NCBI GenBank assembly: GCA_965221905.1
Contig: OZ244922.1
Location: 1,312,001-1,376,000, forward strand
Length of the DNA: 64,000 nucleotides
Reading direction: 5' to 3'
From: Chloroflexota bacterium
GTDB lineage: Bacteria > Chloroflexota > UBA11872 > VXOZ01
Shown: piece after piece, positions 11,049 to 19,656 of the stretch
Layout: each line of letters opens with the position of its first letter
Numbering within the stretch: position 1 is the stretch's first letter
Position numbers and translations under genes: made by a program
Notes under the pieces: generated by a model
Seen by the model: only the letters and a program-made list of their open reading frames with translations
Told to the model about the DNA's origin: nothing
Databases searched by the model: none

Positions 11049-11963
11049 TTACGAGCCGGTGTCTTCTACCGTACGCACGAAAAGGTCTTCCAGGCTCTCG
11101 TGGCGCAGCGCTACGTGGTGCACAGAGACGCCGGCGGTGACGAGGAGATCGACCACGCGCGGCACTTCGTTGGGTTCCGTCAGCGCCAGCGTAAGCCTAT
11201 CGCCCTCGTGCGCCATGATTGACCACTGCTCCTTCACACGCGCCAAGACGTCGTCTCCAATGCCCTGCGCCTGCACGTCCAGCAGGCGGTGCGGGGCGAG
11301 AAGATCGTCCAAGGCACCATCCCGCACCACCTCACCGCGCTGGATGATCGCCACCCGGTCGCAGACCGCCTCCACCTCGGACAGGAGATGGGAATTGAGA
11401 AACACCGTCTTTTGTTCTGCTTTGAGCTGGCGGATGATATCCCGCACCAGGCGGCGACCGATGGGGTCGAGAGCGCTGGTGGGTTCATCGAGGAAGACTA
11501 ATTGCGGATCGTGCAATAGGGCCTGGGCGATGCCGATGCGTTGGAGCATGCCCTTGGAGAAGGTGTGCAGTTGCTTTGCGGCGGCGTGTTCCAGGTTGAC
11601 GAGCGCCAGCACGTCCGAGATGCGTTGCTTGCGCTTTGTGGCGCTCATGCCGTAGAGCTGGCCGTGAAAGTCCAGAAACTCCTGCGCGGTGAACCACTCG
11701 TGAAAGCGAAATAGTTCCGGCAAAAAGCCAATTTCGGCTTTGACGTGGCGATCACCCAAGGGAGCGCCGAGGAGTGTGCCGCTGCCACCCGTAGGAAAAA
11801 CTAGACCCAGCAGCATCTTCACACACGTGCTCTTGCCTGCGCCGTTTGGACCGAGGAAACCGAAGATTTCTCCTTTAGGGACGGAGAGGTCGAGACTCGC
11901 GACAGCCGGCGTGTTGCCGTAGACTTTGCGTAGCTGGTGAGTTGTAATTGCTGGTTCGGGCAT
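11049..11963 (-). CDS. ABC transporter ATP-binding protein
   Basis: GPNGAGKST, FSKGMLQRIGIA, LDEPTSALD, NSHLLSEVE. Confidence 0.93.
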   Translation of the reverse strand: MPEPAITTHQLRKVYGNTPAVASLDLSVPKGEIFGFLGPNGAGKSTCVKMLLGLVFPTGGSGTLLGAPLGDRHVKAEIGFLPELFRFHEWFTAQEFLDFHGQLYGMSATKRKQRISDVLALVNLEHAAAKQLHTFSKGMLQRIGIAQALLHDPQLVFLDEPTSALDPIGRRLVRDIIRQLKAEQKTVFLNSHLLSEVEAVCDRVAIIQRGEVVRDGALDDLLAPHRLLDVQAQGIGDDVLARVKEQWSIMAHEGDRLTLALTEPNEVPRVVDLLVTAGVSVHHVALRHESLEDLFVRTVEDTGS

Positions 11964-11977
11964 GGAAGGCGTTAGGC

Positions 11978-12754
11978 TTATGCTAAGAGCGTATGAGTGT
12001 GGTTCTGTTGTGCGAACGTGGCCCGCGCATTCTTGTAAAAAATCTGCTCCTTCTCGTCAGCCGAGATGTCCGCTGCATGTACTTTCGCCAATTGCGAGAT
12101 GAAGGAGCGACCGGTGCCATCACTTCCCTGGACGATATGGTCGGCGCCGACGTACTTTACGAGCATCTCCGTGTAGCCGTTGGTTGCCTCGCAGCCGCCG
12201 ATGTCCAGGTAGACGTTCGGTAGCCCGCGCGCTAGTTTAATCGTATATTCCACATCGCCGCTGGCGTGCCCCCAAAAGAAATCCACGTTTGGATGACGTA
12301 AGGCTGCATTGCGCATGTCAAACGGATCGGTCTCGCCGGGGAGGTTGCCCGTAACTTCCATCCAGGTGTGTTGCAATACGGGCAGCCGGTGTTCGGCGCA
12401 TACCGCGAAAACAGCGTCAACGCACGGATTATTCGCTTTTACCGCCGTCCAAAGTTTTACGCCCTGAGGGCCATGATAGTCTTTGACCCGCCGCTCCAAC
12501 TCGTCAACGGCGAACTGGCCGTGGGCTGGGTTGAGATACCACATGGGGATGACGCGATCGGGATTGGCAGCGGCAACCGCGGCGGTACGGTCGTTGCAAA
12601 GCGATACAAACTGCCGGGACGGAGAATTTGGCGAACTGCTGCCCTCCAGGTTGATGCTGTTGAGACATAGAATCATGTTGAGCTGCGCGGCCTGCCGCAG
12701 CGCGCGGGCGAGCATCGGCTTTGAACGAATGTGCACGTGGACGTCAATGATCAT
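11978..12754 (-). CDS. Amidohydrolase-family protein
   Basis: IDVHVH, LQHT, WGH, YLDIGG, GSD metal-ligand motifs; probable start MIIDVH (ORF extends to 12820). Confidence 0.85.
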   Translation of the reverse strand: MIIDVHVHIRSKPMLARALRQAAQLNMILCLNSINLEGSSSPNSPSRQFVSLCNDRTAAVAAANPDRVIPMWYLNPAHGQFAVDELERRVKDYHGPQGVKLWTAVKANNPCVDAVFAVCAEHRLPVLQHTWMEVTGNLPGETDPFDMRNAALRHPNVDFFWGHASGDVEYTIKLARGLPNVYLDIGGCEATNGYTEMLVKYVGADHIVQGSDGTGRSFISQLAKVHAADISADEKEQIFYKNARATFAQQNHTHTLLA

Positions 12755-12853
12755 GCAGAGTCTCTTTGGATGTTCTTGTCGCTTTTCTGGACCAGTTTGT
12801 ACCGAACACAAGAGTTCCATGGGTCACACTGCTGCCCTTGCTGCGCTATGTGT

Positions 12854-12888
12854 TCCGTTCACCCTTCGACAGGCTCAGGGCGAACGGA
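12854..12888. repeat. Palindromic dispersed repeat (CCCTTCGACAGGCTCAGGGCGAACGG type)
   Basis: tccgttcacccttcgacaggctcagggcgaacgga hairpin; related copies at 31805-31866, 37291-37330 and inside 48515-48631. Confidence 0.7.
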
Positions 12889-13154
12889 TTGGGCAGCCTG
12901 TTTGCCATGGCCCAGATGCCTTGTTTCATTTGCTTCTCGATGCGCCAAGTAGCGAGACCCAGGTTTGGGCTCGGCACGAATATCTCGGCACGAATGAAAG
13001 GTGTAGCAGTCTGTCACAAGCGCAATATCCCGTCCGGCAAACGCATATTCCAGGCTGCGGCATTCAGGGCGTGGGTACGTTGGCATCGTCGTACCTCTTC
13101 TTTCATTCTATACTATGCCGTAGCGCAAGTATGAGATGTACCTAAGGATCGCTT

Positions 13155-13877
13155 GTGGAACTACTGTTCGGCTTTCATCCCGTGCGGGAGGCGTTGCGCG
13201 CCGGGCGCGTGCCGCACGCTGTTTGGGTAGTGGAGGGAGCTAAGGGGCTGGGGGAAATTGTCGCCTTGACGCGTGCGAGTGGGGCGCCTGCGCAGACGGT
13301 CACGCGGCAGGAGCTAGGGAATCTCTGCCAAAGCTCCCATCACCAGAACGTCGCCGCGCGTTTTCCCGACCGCACGTTGCACTCGCTCGACCATCCGCTG
13401 GCGGTCGCGGAACAACGCGGGCAACTGCCGTTCTTGCTGGCGCTCGACCATCTGCAAGACCCGCAGAATCTCGGGTCGCTGTTGCGCACGGCGGAGGCGG
13501 TGGGGGTGCATGGCGTGGCGCTTCCGAAGGACCGCAGCGCCGCGGTGACCACAACTGTCGCGCGGGCATCGAGCGGTGCAGTGGAGCACCTGGCGCTGTG
13601 TGGCGTAACCAACCTCATGCGTGCGCTGGCGTGGTACAAAGAACGCGGCGTGTGGGTGGTGGGTCTCGATACCGCCGGAGAGACACGCTATGATGACCTC
13701 GCATATGACTGGCCGGTAGTGGTCGTGGTAGGCAGCGAGGACAAAGGATTGCGCCCTTTGATACAGCGCGCCTGCGACTACCGCTTGCACATTCCGATGA
13801 CGGGCAAGGTGGCGTCCCTCAACGCCGCCGTGGCAGGCTCAATCCTGCTCTACCATGTCTGGCGCGCACGCGAATAG
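13155..13877 (+). CDS. rlmB: 23S rRNA (guanosine2251-2'-O)-methyltransferase
   Basis: FGFHPVREAL, LD.LQDPQNLGSLLRTA, VGSEDKGL, IPM.GKV.SLNAAVA (SpoU). Confidence 0.9.
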   Translation: MELLFGFHPVREALRAGRVPHAVWVVEGAKGLGEIVALTRASGAPAQTVTRQELGNLCQSSHHQNVAARFPDRTLHSLDHPLAVAEQRGQLPFLLALDHLQDPQNLGSLLRTAEAVGVHGVALPKDRSAAVTTTVARASSGAVEHLALCGVTNLMRALAWYKERGVWVVGLDTAGETRYDDLAYDWPVVVVVGSEDKGLRPLIQRACDYRLHIPMTGKVASLNAAVAGSILLYHVWRARE

Positions 13878-13998
13878 GCGAGCGCGTACGGAAAGCGAGT
13901 ATATTTACATAAGATGGGAACTGAGTCCTCATATTCGGCGCGCACAGTTGCGCAACTGTGCGCGAAAATTCGGGCCTAGTGTGGCAAAAGACAGTCGA

Positions 13999-15186
13999 CT
14001 ACCGCACTGCGGCGGCGTAAGCTTTCTCAGCCTCTTGTGCCAAGACGTCCCAGTGGCAGTGCGACCAGACGTGGCCTTGCGCGGCGGCGCCGAGTTGTTG
14101 TGCGCGGGCGGGGTCGCCGAGCAGGCCGGTGACGGCTGCCGCAAAGGCATCTGTGTTACCGGGCTTGACGAGTAGGCCCGTCTCTTGATGGTTGATGTAC
14201 CTGGCGGCTTCGCCCACACTCTCGGCCACCACGGGGCGGCCTGCCGCCATGAGTTCCACGAGCTTTGCGGGGCACTTGGCTCGGTTGAGCAGCGTATCGT
14301 CGAGCGGATAGAGCGCAACGTCCGCTGCCGCTACGTATGCGGGCAAGGCGGACGGTTCCTGCCAGCCGGCCAGCACGACTCGGTCTCCGAGGCCAGCGCG
14401 TGCCAAGCCGGCAGCCAAGTCCTGCTCCTCCCCGTGCGGGCCTGACCCGACAACCAGGAGCATGCTCTGTGGCAAAGCGTGCGCCACGCGCGTGAAGACT
14501 GCGGCGGCACGCTCCACGCCAAACTCGAAGAATCGCGAATAGAGCAGCACGACCGGGCGGCCGGTAAGCCCATAGTGGGCACGAATTCTCCCTCCATCTG
14601 CGTCTCGCCATTGAGCGTAAAGCGTTTCATCCACCCCGTTGGGAACGTAGGAGAGGCGCTGTGCGGGCACATCAAGATTACGCGCTTGGCCGATGAGCGT
14701 TTGGCTTGCCGCAGTCAGTGCGCTGGCGTGCCGGATGCCCCACAGTTCCTGCCAGGCAAACATGTGCCGGCTGAGGGCAGAATACTGTCCCCGTTCGTTC
14801 CAGCCGCCACGGCCCTCCCAATCGTCAATGTCGAGGACTACACGCTGCTGCCGCAAGGCCCACAAGGCGAACTGCGCAATACCGGTTACGCCCTTCGGCT
14901 TGAAGACGTGAATGACGTCCGGCGTTGTGCGCCGTGCGGCGCGAGCCAGCGCGAGGCCCAGCAGCGCAAGAGAGGCATTGCCGGGGTTCGACCCAACCGG
15001 CAGGTTGCGTACGCGGACTCCCTGATCTTCCCACTGATCGCCGCTGTCCTTGGGATGGTCGTACGGGGGAATCAGCACGGTGACTGCATGGCCGCGCCGC
15101 GCCAAAGCCCGCGCCAAGGGCATCACCCGTACGCGGGCGGTGCCTTTCGGCTGAATGGCAAATGGGGCAAGCAGCGTAATTTTCAT
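13999..15186 (-). CDS. Glycosyltransferase family 4
   Basis: L.RRGH.VTV, DIDDWE, VPNGVD, AKCPAKLVELMAAGRPVVA; probable start MKITLL (ORF extends to 15270). Confidence 0.88.
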   Translation of the reverse strand: MKITLLAPFAIQPKGTARVRVMPLARALARRGHAVTVLIPPYDHPKDSGDQWEDQGVRVRNLPVGSNPGNASLALLGLALARAARRTTPDVIHVFKPKGVTGIAQFALWALRQQRVVLDIDDWEGRGGWNERGQYSALSRHMFAWQELWGIRHASALTAASQTLIGQARNLDVPAQRLSYVPNGVDETLYAQWRDADGGRIRAHYGLTGRPVVLLYSRFFEFGVERAAAVFTRVAHALPQSMLLVVGSGPHGEEQDLAAGLARAGLGDRVVLAGWQEPSALPAYVAAADVALYPLDDTLLNRAKCPAKLVELMAAGRPVVAESVGEAARYINHQETGLLVKPGNTDAFAAAVTGLLGDPARAQQLGAAAQGHVWSHCHWDVLAQEAEKAYAAAVR

Positions 15187-15289
15187 GGCCGCGCCGTCAG
15201 CACGTGTGAGCACCGGCGGGAGAGGATAGGGCCTCGGAATGCAATGGCAATTTGAACGGCCTCTCGTCACCTAAGCAGAGGTATGCACT

Positions 15290-18200
15290 TTATTCCCACC
15301 CAAGTCGTCTCACGATTGCAGGCAAAAACCACACAAGGGCCAGCAGAGGCAGCGCAATCAGCGCGATCACGAAGCCAAGACCCAGCGCCGCCGGTTGATA
15401 CTGAAAGACGATTTCATGGGCTCCCGCTGGAACCAAGACCGCTTGATAGTAGGCGTTTGCGCGCCAGATTTCAGTGGGTTCGCCATCGATGGTCGCCACC
15501 CAGCCGGGAATGAAGGTCTCCGCGAAGACTAGCACGCGTGGCGTGGTCGAATCCAGCGTTACTGCAAGGTGCTCGGGCCGGGGGCGTTTCGTATTGAGTG
15601 TGACGGCTGCTTGACTGTCTGCGAGCAGATACTGTGTCAAATTGAGCGCGCTCGATTCTGAACTCGCGCCAAGGTCAGATTCTTGGCGGGAGCGCACCAC
15701 ACCAAACGGCGGCCCGCCGCCCCAAATATCCCTACGTTGGAGCCAGTGCTTCAAAGGCCGAGCCAGCCTCGTCAAGGCATTGCGTGGCGGTAATTCGAGA
15801 AACGCTGTCTCTCGCTCCAAGATTACGTCTTGTCCCACACGAAAGGCGGGGTTGCTAAGCGCAGAACGTGCCAGGTCAGTGCTCTCAGCCATGTAGACTG
15901 TGCCCACCGTGTAAACGAGGCTCAGTGCTTGATCCCGGTGATAGAGTTTGATGTCACCGCTAAACAGCAGCGTTACCGGCTCAGTGGTGAGGATCAGTTG
16001 CGCGTGGGCCTCCGGCGCGATGGCGCTCATGGCAACCAGGTGCAGCGTGCCGTTGGCAGACTGGTACTCAATGGCGACCTGCTTCAGAGACACGGTCTCA
16101 CCGAGGTCGATAACTGCATGATAGTGACGGCCTTGTGGATTTTCCGGCCAGGCGCCGACAACCTGCACCGCTTGGTGCTGGGGAGACGCCTTTTCGTATT
16201 CGCCTTCGGCAGTGTGCACACCGGCTTGGAGTGGGCGCTCGATAACGCGGTTATCCGTGGTTGTGACTAGGAGAGTGGCAACGGTCTGCTCCTGTGGGAG
16301 CGTGGTTGACTCGGTCAAGTACGAGATGATACCGATGCGGTCGGTGCTAATGTTCGGTACGTTTGGAATGACAACGGATGGGTTTCCAGCGCCGATGGAC
16401 TGGGTAAAGGTGGTGTCGTAGTACACTCCTTCAATCCAGGGATCGCGAATCTTGTCTTTCAGCAAGTAGGCTATCCCAAAGAGGTCGAGGACACGCGGCG
16501 GCGGCACGTTGCGGATTTGGTCGCGCAAGATAGCATCCGGTTGCGCTGAAGCACCGGGCTGCAACACTTCTTTCATGCGCACGTAACCGTCAAGCGGCAG
16601 TACGCCCCCGTCGTAGCCGTCCGCGGTGGCTATCTTAAACCCTAGGGGCACGTTCGGAGTCATGACTTCGAAGTACTTCTGAGTGACGAGGAGATTGTAC
16701 GTACTGCCCGTGCCCAAATGGGCGAATTGTTCACGCAGTTGCGGTTCGACACCGGGCGCGTATGCGGTATTGGCAAGGCTGAGGATACGTCCGCCTTGGT
16801 AGGAATCGCGAAGGGTAGCGGTCACTGGTCCCGGATCGGCGTAGGCGATGGGAGGGGGCGCCTGATTGTATTCCAGGTGGCGTGACGCCCAGAAGAGCTC
16901 TGACGCGATAACCAGCGGCAAGAGCCAAAGCAGCACCGGAACGCGAATTGCCAGGAGTATCAGCCCCACGCTTACAGCGGCGAGACCAAGCCAAATAAAT
17001 GGGAGCTCAGGTGAAAGCGACTGTTGCAGTGGAGCGAGGGCGGCAAGAATGAACGCCAAGATGAGAATGCCCCCGCCGAGACGGAGCAGCGGCCGGCGCA
17101 ATTGACTTCGGTTCTTTGCAGTGTTGGCTATCCAGTCAAGGCTGATGCCGACAAGCACGCTGGCGGCAAAAGTGTAGAGCAGGAGCCAACGGGCGGGTAC
17201 GCGAAACAGGTCAAATCCGGGCACGATCTTGAAGAAAGCCGGGTAAAGCGGGTTCGATACACCCAATGCCAGGAACAGGCCTACCAATGCCAGGCCGGCG
17301 AAACCCCACGTGGCCGGACGACGGAATGTAGCGACCACTGCTAGAAGGGCAAGAGTGATGGCGAAAATGCCGATGAAGCCGTAGTATTCGCCAGTGCTGA
17401 CGAGACCGTCCGGTGTGGGCAGCATGCCGGCGAGAATTTCGCGCGGGGAGAGCGAGAATGCAGTGGCCTCATTATAGCTTAGTCCACCTTGTCGAATGGA
17501 GTGATGGGTGAGTTGGAGCATGGGCAGCACTTGTGGCGCGGTGAGGGCCGCCGTGGCCACAAACGCGCTGCCTAACAAGACTAACGCCACTACCGGCCGC
17601 CAAACCAGTTCTGTGCACCAGTCTCTGAAGTGAGCGAACCAGGAGGGCGGCGGCCTACGTCCCATCGAGACTTGGGAGACGAACGGGTTGCGCTCCGACT
17701 CGGACACACTTGGCATGGCGAAGAAGGCAGGTCGAAAGTTCGTAACGCCTAGCCAGTCCCACGCCGAGTGGGCCAGCCAATAGAGCATTACAGCGACAAG
17801 GGTCATGTAGGTGGGTTGGGCATGTCCCGCAAGAAACTGAAAGGCGAGGAAGAAGCTAAGTGTGACTGCCCACCGCACACTGCGTCCGCGATAGAGGTGG
17901 TGAGCGGCAAGGAGCACCCACGGCAACCAAACTGCGGAGTTTACCTGGTTGATATGCCCCACTTGCGCGCCGAGGAAGCCACTAAGACTGAAGGTGACGG
18001 CGGCCCCTACCGCTGCCGGCCAAACAAGCTTGCTTACCTGACGGGTAAAGACGAAGACGCCGATCCCACCGCAGATAAGGTGCACAACGATGGAAAGGGC
18101 TAGGCCCGTTTCAGTAGAAACGAGGAGATAGAGCAGGTTTGGCGGATAGAACACTGCGGTCTGTTGATTGGCAAGAAACGGAGCACCCTGAAAGAGATAG

Positions 18201-18424
18201 GGGTTCCACAGCGGCAAGTTGCCTTGCCGGAGTGCGGCCGCCGCAAATTGACGGTAGGGATAGAAATACGTTGAAAGGTCATAGCCCGTCAACACCCTAT
18301 GAGTGAGCAGTACCTTCCAGAAGAACGTGGTTACGAGCGCTGCGAGCAGAATCGCGGCACCCAACCATGGCCCGTGGCGACCGATGAATGAGTTGGAGGA
18401 GAGGGATGGGATAGAGAATGCCAT
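15290..18424 (-). CDS. YfhO-family (GT-C fold) membrane glycosyltransferase
   Basis: YD...YFYP, LPLWNPY.F.G.PFLAN.Q..VFYP, AGH.Q, FRVPARW, C-terminal PGW.ATIDG....I.RAN....AV.VPAG.HEI.F.YQP. Confidence 0.85.
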   Translation of the reverse strand: MAFSIPSLSSNSFIGRHGPWLGAAILLAALVTTFFWKVLLTHRVLTGYDLSTYFYPYRQFAAAALRQGNLPLWNPYLFQGAPFLANQQTAVFYPPNLLYLLVSTETGLALSIVVHLICGGIGVFVFTRQVSKLVWPAAVGAAVTFSLSGFLGAQVGHINQVNSAVWLPWVLLAAHHLYRGRSVRWAVTLSFFLAFQFLAGHAQPTYMTLVAVMLYWLAHSAWDWLGVTNFRPAFFAMPSVSESERNPFVSQVSMGRRPPPSWFAHFRDWCTELVWRPVVALVLLGSAFVATAALTAPQVLPMLQLTHHSIRQGGLSYNEATAFSLSPREILAGMLPTPDGLVSTGEYYGFIGIFAITLALLAVVATFRRPATWGFAGLALVGLFLALGVSNPLYPAFFKIVPGFDLFRVPARWLLLYTFAASVLVGISLDWIANTAKNRSQLRRPLLRLGGGILILAFILAALAPLQQSLSPELPFIWLGLAAVSVGLILLAIRVPVLLWLLPLVIASELFWASRHLEYNQAPPPIAYADPGPVTATLRDSYQGGRILSLANTAYAPGVEPQLREQFAHLGTGSTYNLLVTQKYFEVMTPNVPLGFKIATADGYDGGVLPLDGYVRMKEVLQPGASAQPDAILRDQIRNVPPPRVLDLFGIAYLLKDKIRDPWIEGVYYDTTFTQSIGAGNPSVVIPNVPNISTDRIGIISYLTESTTLPQEQTVATLLVTTTDNRVIERPLQAGVHTAEGEYEKASPQHQAVQVVGAWPENPQGRHYHAVIDLGETVSLKQVAIEYQSANGTLHLVAMSAIAPEAHAQLILTTEPVTLLFSGDIKLYHRDQALSLVYTVGTVYMAESTDLARSALSNPAFRVGQDVILERETAFLELPPRNALTRLARPLKHWLQRRDIWGGGPPFGVVRSRQESDLGASSESSALNLTQYLLADSQAAVTLNTKRPRPEHLAVTLDSTTPRVLVFAETFIPGWVATIDGEPTEIWRANAYYQAVLVPAGAHEIVFQYQPAALGLGFVIALIALPLLALVWFLPAIVRRLGWE

Positions 18425-18701
18425 GCGTGGTGGCCGTGCTTGAATAGCTCTCTGCTTACTCCATTAATGATAAGAGAGGCGAAGAGTGGGGGCAAACAGA
18501 CGTCTCGCATACGTTGCGATTACAGCCGAAGGCCCCGATTGCATGCTCCGCTTGAATTATAACGAACTTGATCCGGCGCAACATGGAACGTGGATTCCAG
18601 CAAGAAAGTTAGCGTACATCCGCTAGCTCGTGTTGGGCTAAGCGGCAAGATCGATCTAGGAGTTTGCGCGCTGCAGGCGCATACGCCGCCGGGGTGTTCG
18701 G

Positions 18702-19322
18702 CTACGTGATCTCGCGTGCTAAGATGATTGCTTCAGCAATCTCTTTCATAGTCTTGCGGCGGTCCATAGCGAGCTTCTGGATGCGACGGAAGGCTGCGCC
18801 CTCCGATAGGCCCTGTGTATCCATCAAGATCCCCTTCGCCCGATCAACCAGACGTCGGGTCTCAAGCGTTTCCTTCAGGTTGACGTTTTCCCGCTCCATG
18901 GCCCGCAACTCTTCGAAACGGGCGATGGCGACCTCAAGAGTGGGCACTAAGTCGGCTTCGCGAAACGGCTTTGAAATGTAGCCAAGCACACCGGCTTCCC
19001 GGGCATCTTCAATAAGATCGCGATCGCTAAAGGCCGTTAGCAGCACCACCGGCGCAATCCGCTCTTGCAACAGTATGCTCGCGGCGGCGATGCCATCCAT
19101 CTTCGGCATCTTAATGTCCATGAGCACCAGATCGGGTTGAAGCCGCCGCGCCAGCATGACTGCCGCTTCCCCATCTGCTGCTTCACCCACAACCGTGTAT
19201 CCGAGGCCGGTCAACCGCTCGCGCAAGTCAAACCGGATGATTGATTCATCATCCACAATAAGGATTCCCGCTTGCGGATTTGGATGCTCAGATGCGGATA
19301 CGTGTGTACGATCGGTGCTCAT
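18702..19322 (-). CDS. Response regulator with ANTAR RNA-binding domain (PdtaR/AmiR-like)
   Basis: Receiver (IVDDE, MDIKMP, LLTA, KPF) plus LETRRLVDRAKGILM...GLSE..AF..IQ..AM ANTAR motif. Confidence 0.92.
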   Translation of the reverse strand: MSTDRTHVSASEHPNPQAGILIVDDESIIRFDLRERLTGLGYTVVGEAADGEAAVMLARRLQPDLVLMDIKMPKMDGIAAASILLQERIAPVVLLTAFSDRDLIEDAREAGVLGYISKPFREADLVPTLEVAIARFEELRAMERENVNLKETLETRRLVDRAKGILMDTQGLSEGAAFRRIQKLAMDRRKTMKEIAEAIILAREIT

Positions 19323-19600
19323 TACTTACGGATTACTCTTACGTTTGCTACAACTCGGTGAATTCAGTCTATTCTGCAGTAAAACTTCAAATTGCCATGA
19401 AGGCCTTAGTTACTATAAACCCTGAAGATTAATTGTCGGAGGGGTCTCTTCGGTCTGCATGCACGTGATCCCCTCAGGTGAAGGACTGTACCTTTACCTC
19501 TGTGGCAACCTCAGACTAGCCATAATCGCTCCGAAGCCAATGATCGGTTGCAACTACACGGCCAAGGTTCTGGCAGACAGTCTCCTTACTTAAGTATGCA

Positions 19601-19639
19601 CACAGACACACCGCTAATTTCCAAAGCGGCGTGTCTGTG
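19601..19639 (-). terminator. Putative terminator hairpin
   Basis: cacagacac-accgct...agcggc-gtgtctgtg inverted repeat just downstream of CDS 19657-21306. Confidence 0.5.
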
Positions 19640-19656
19640 ACTCTGCTACAGCGTTC

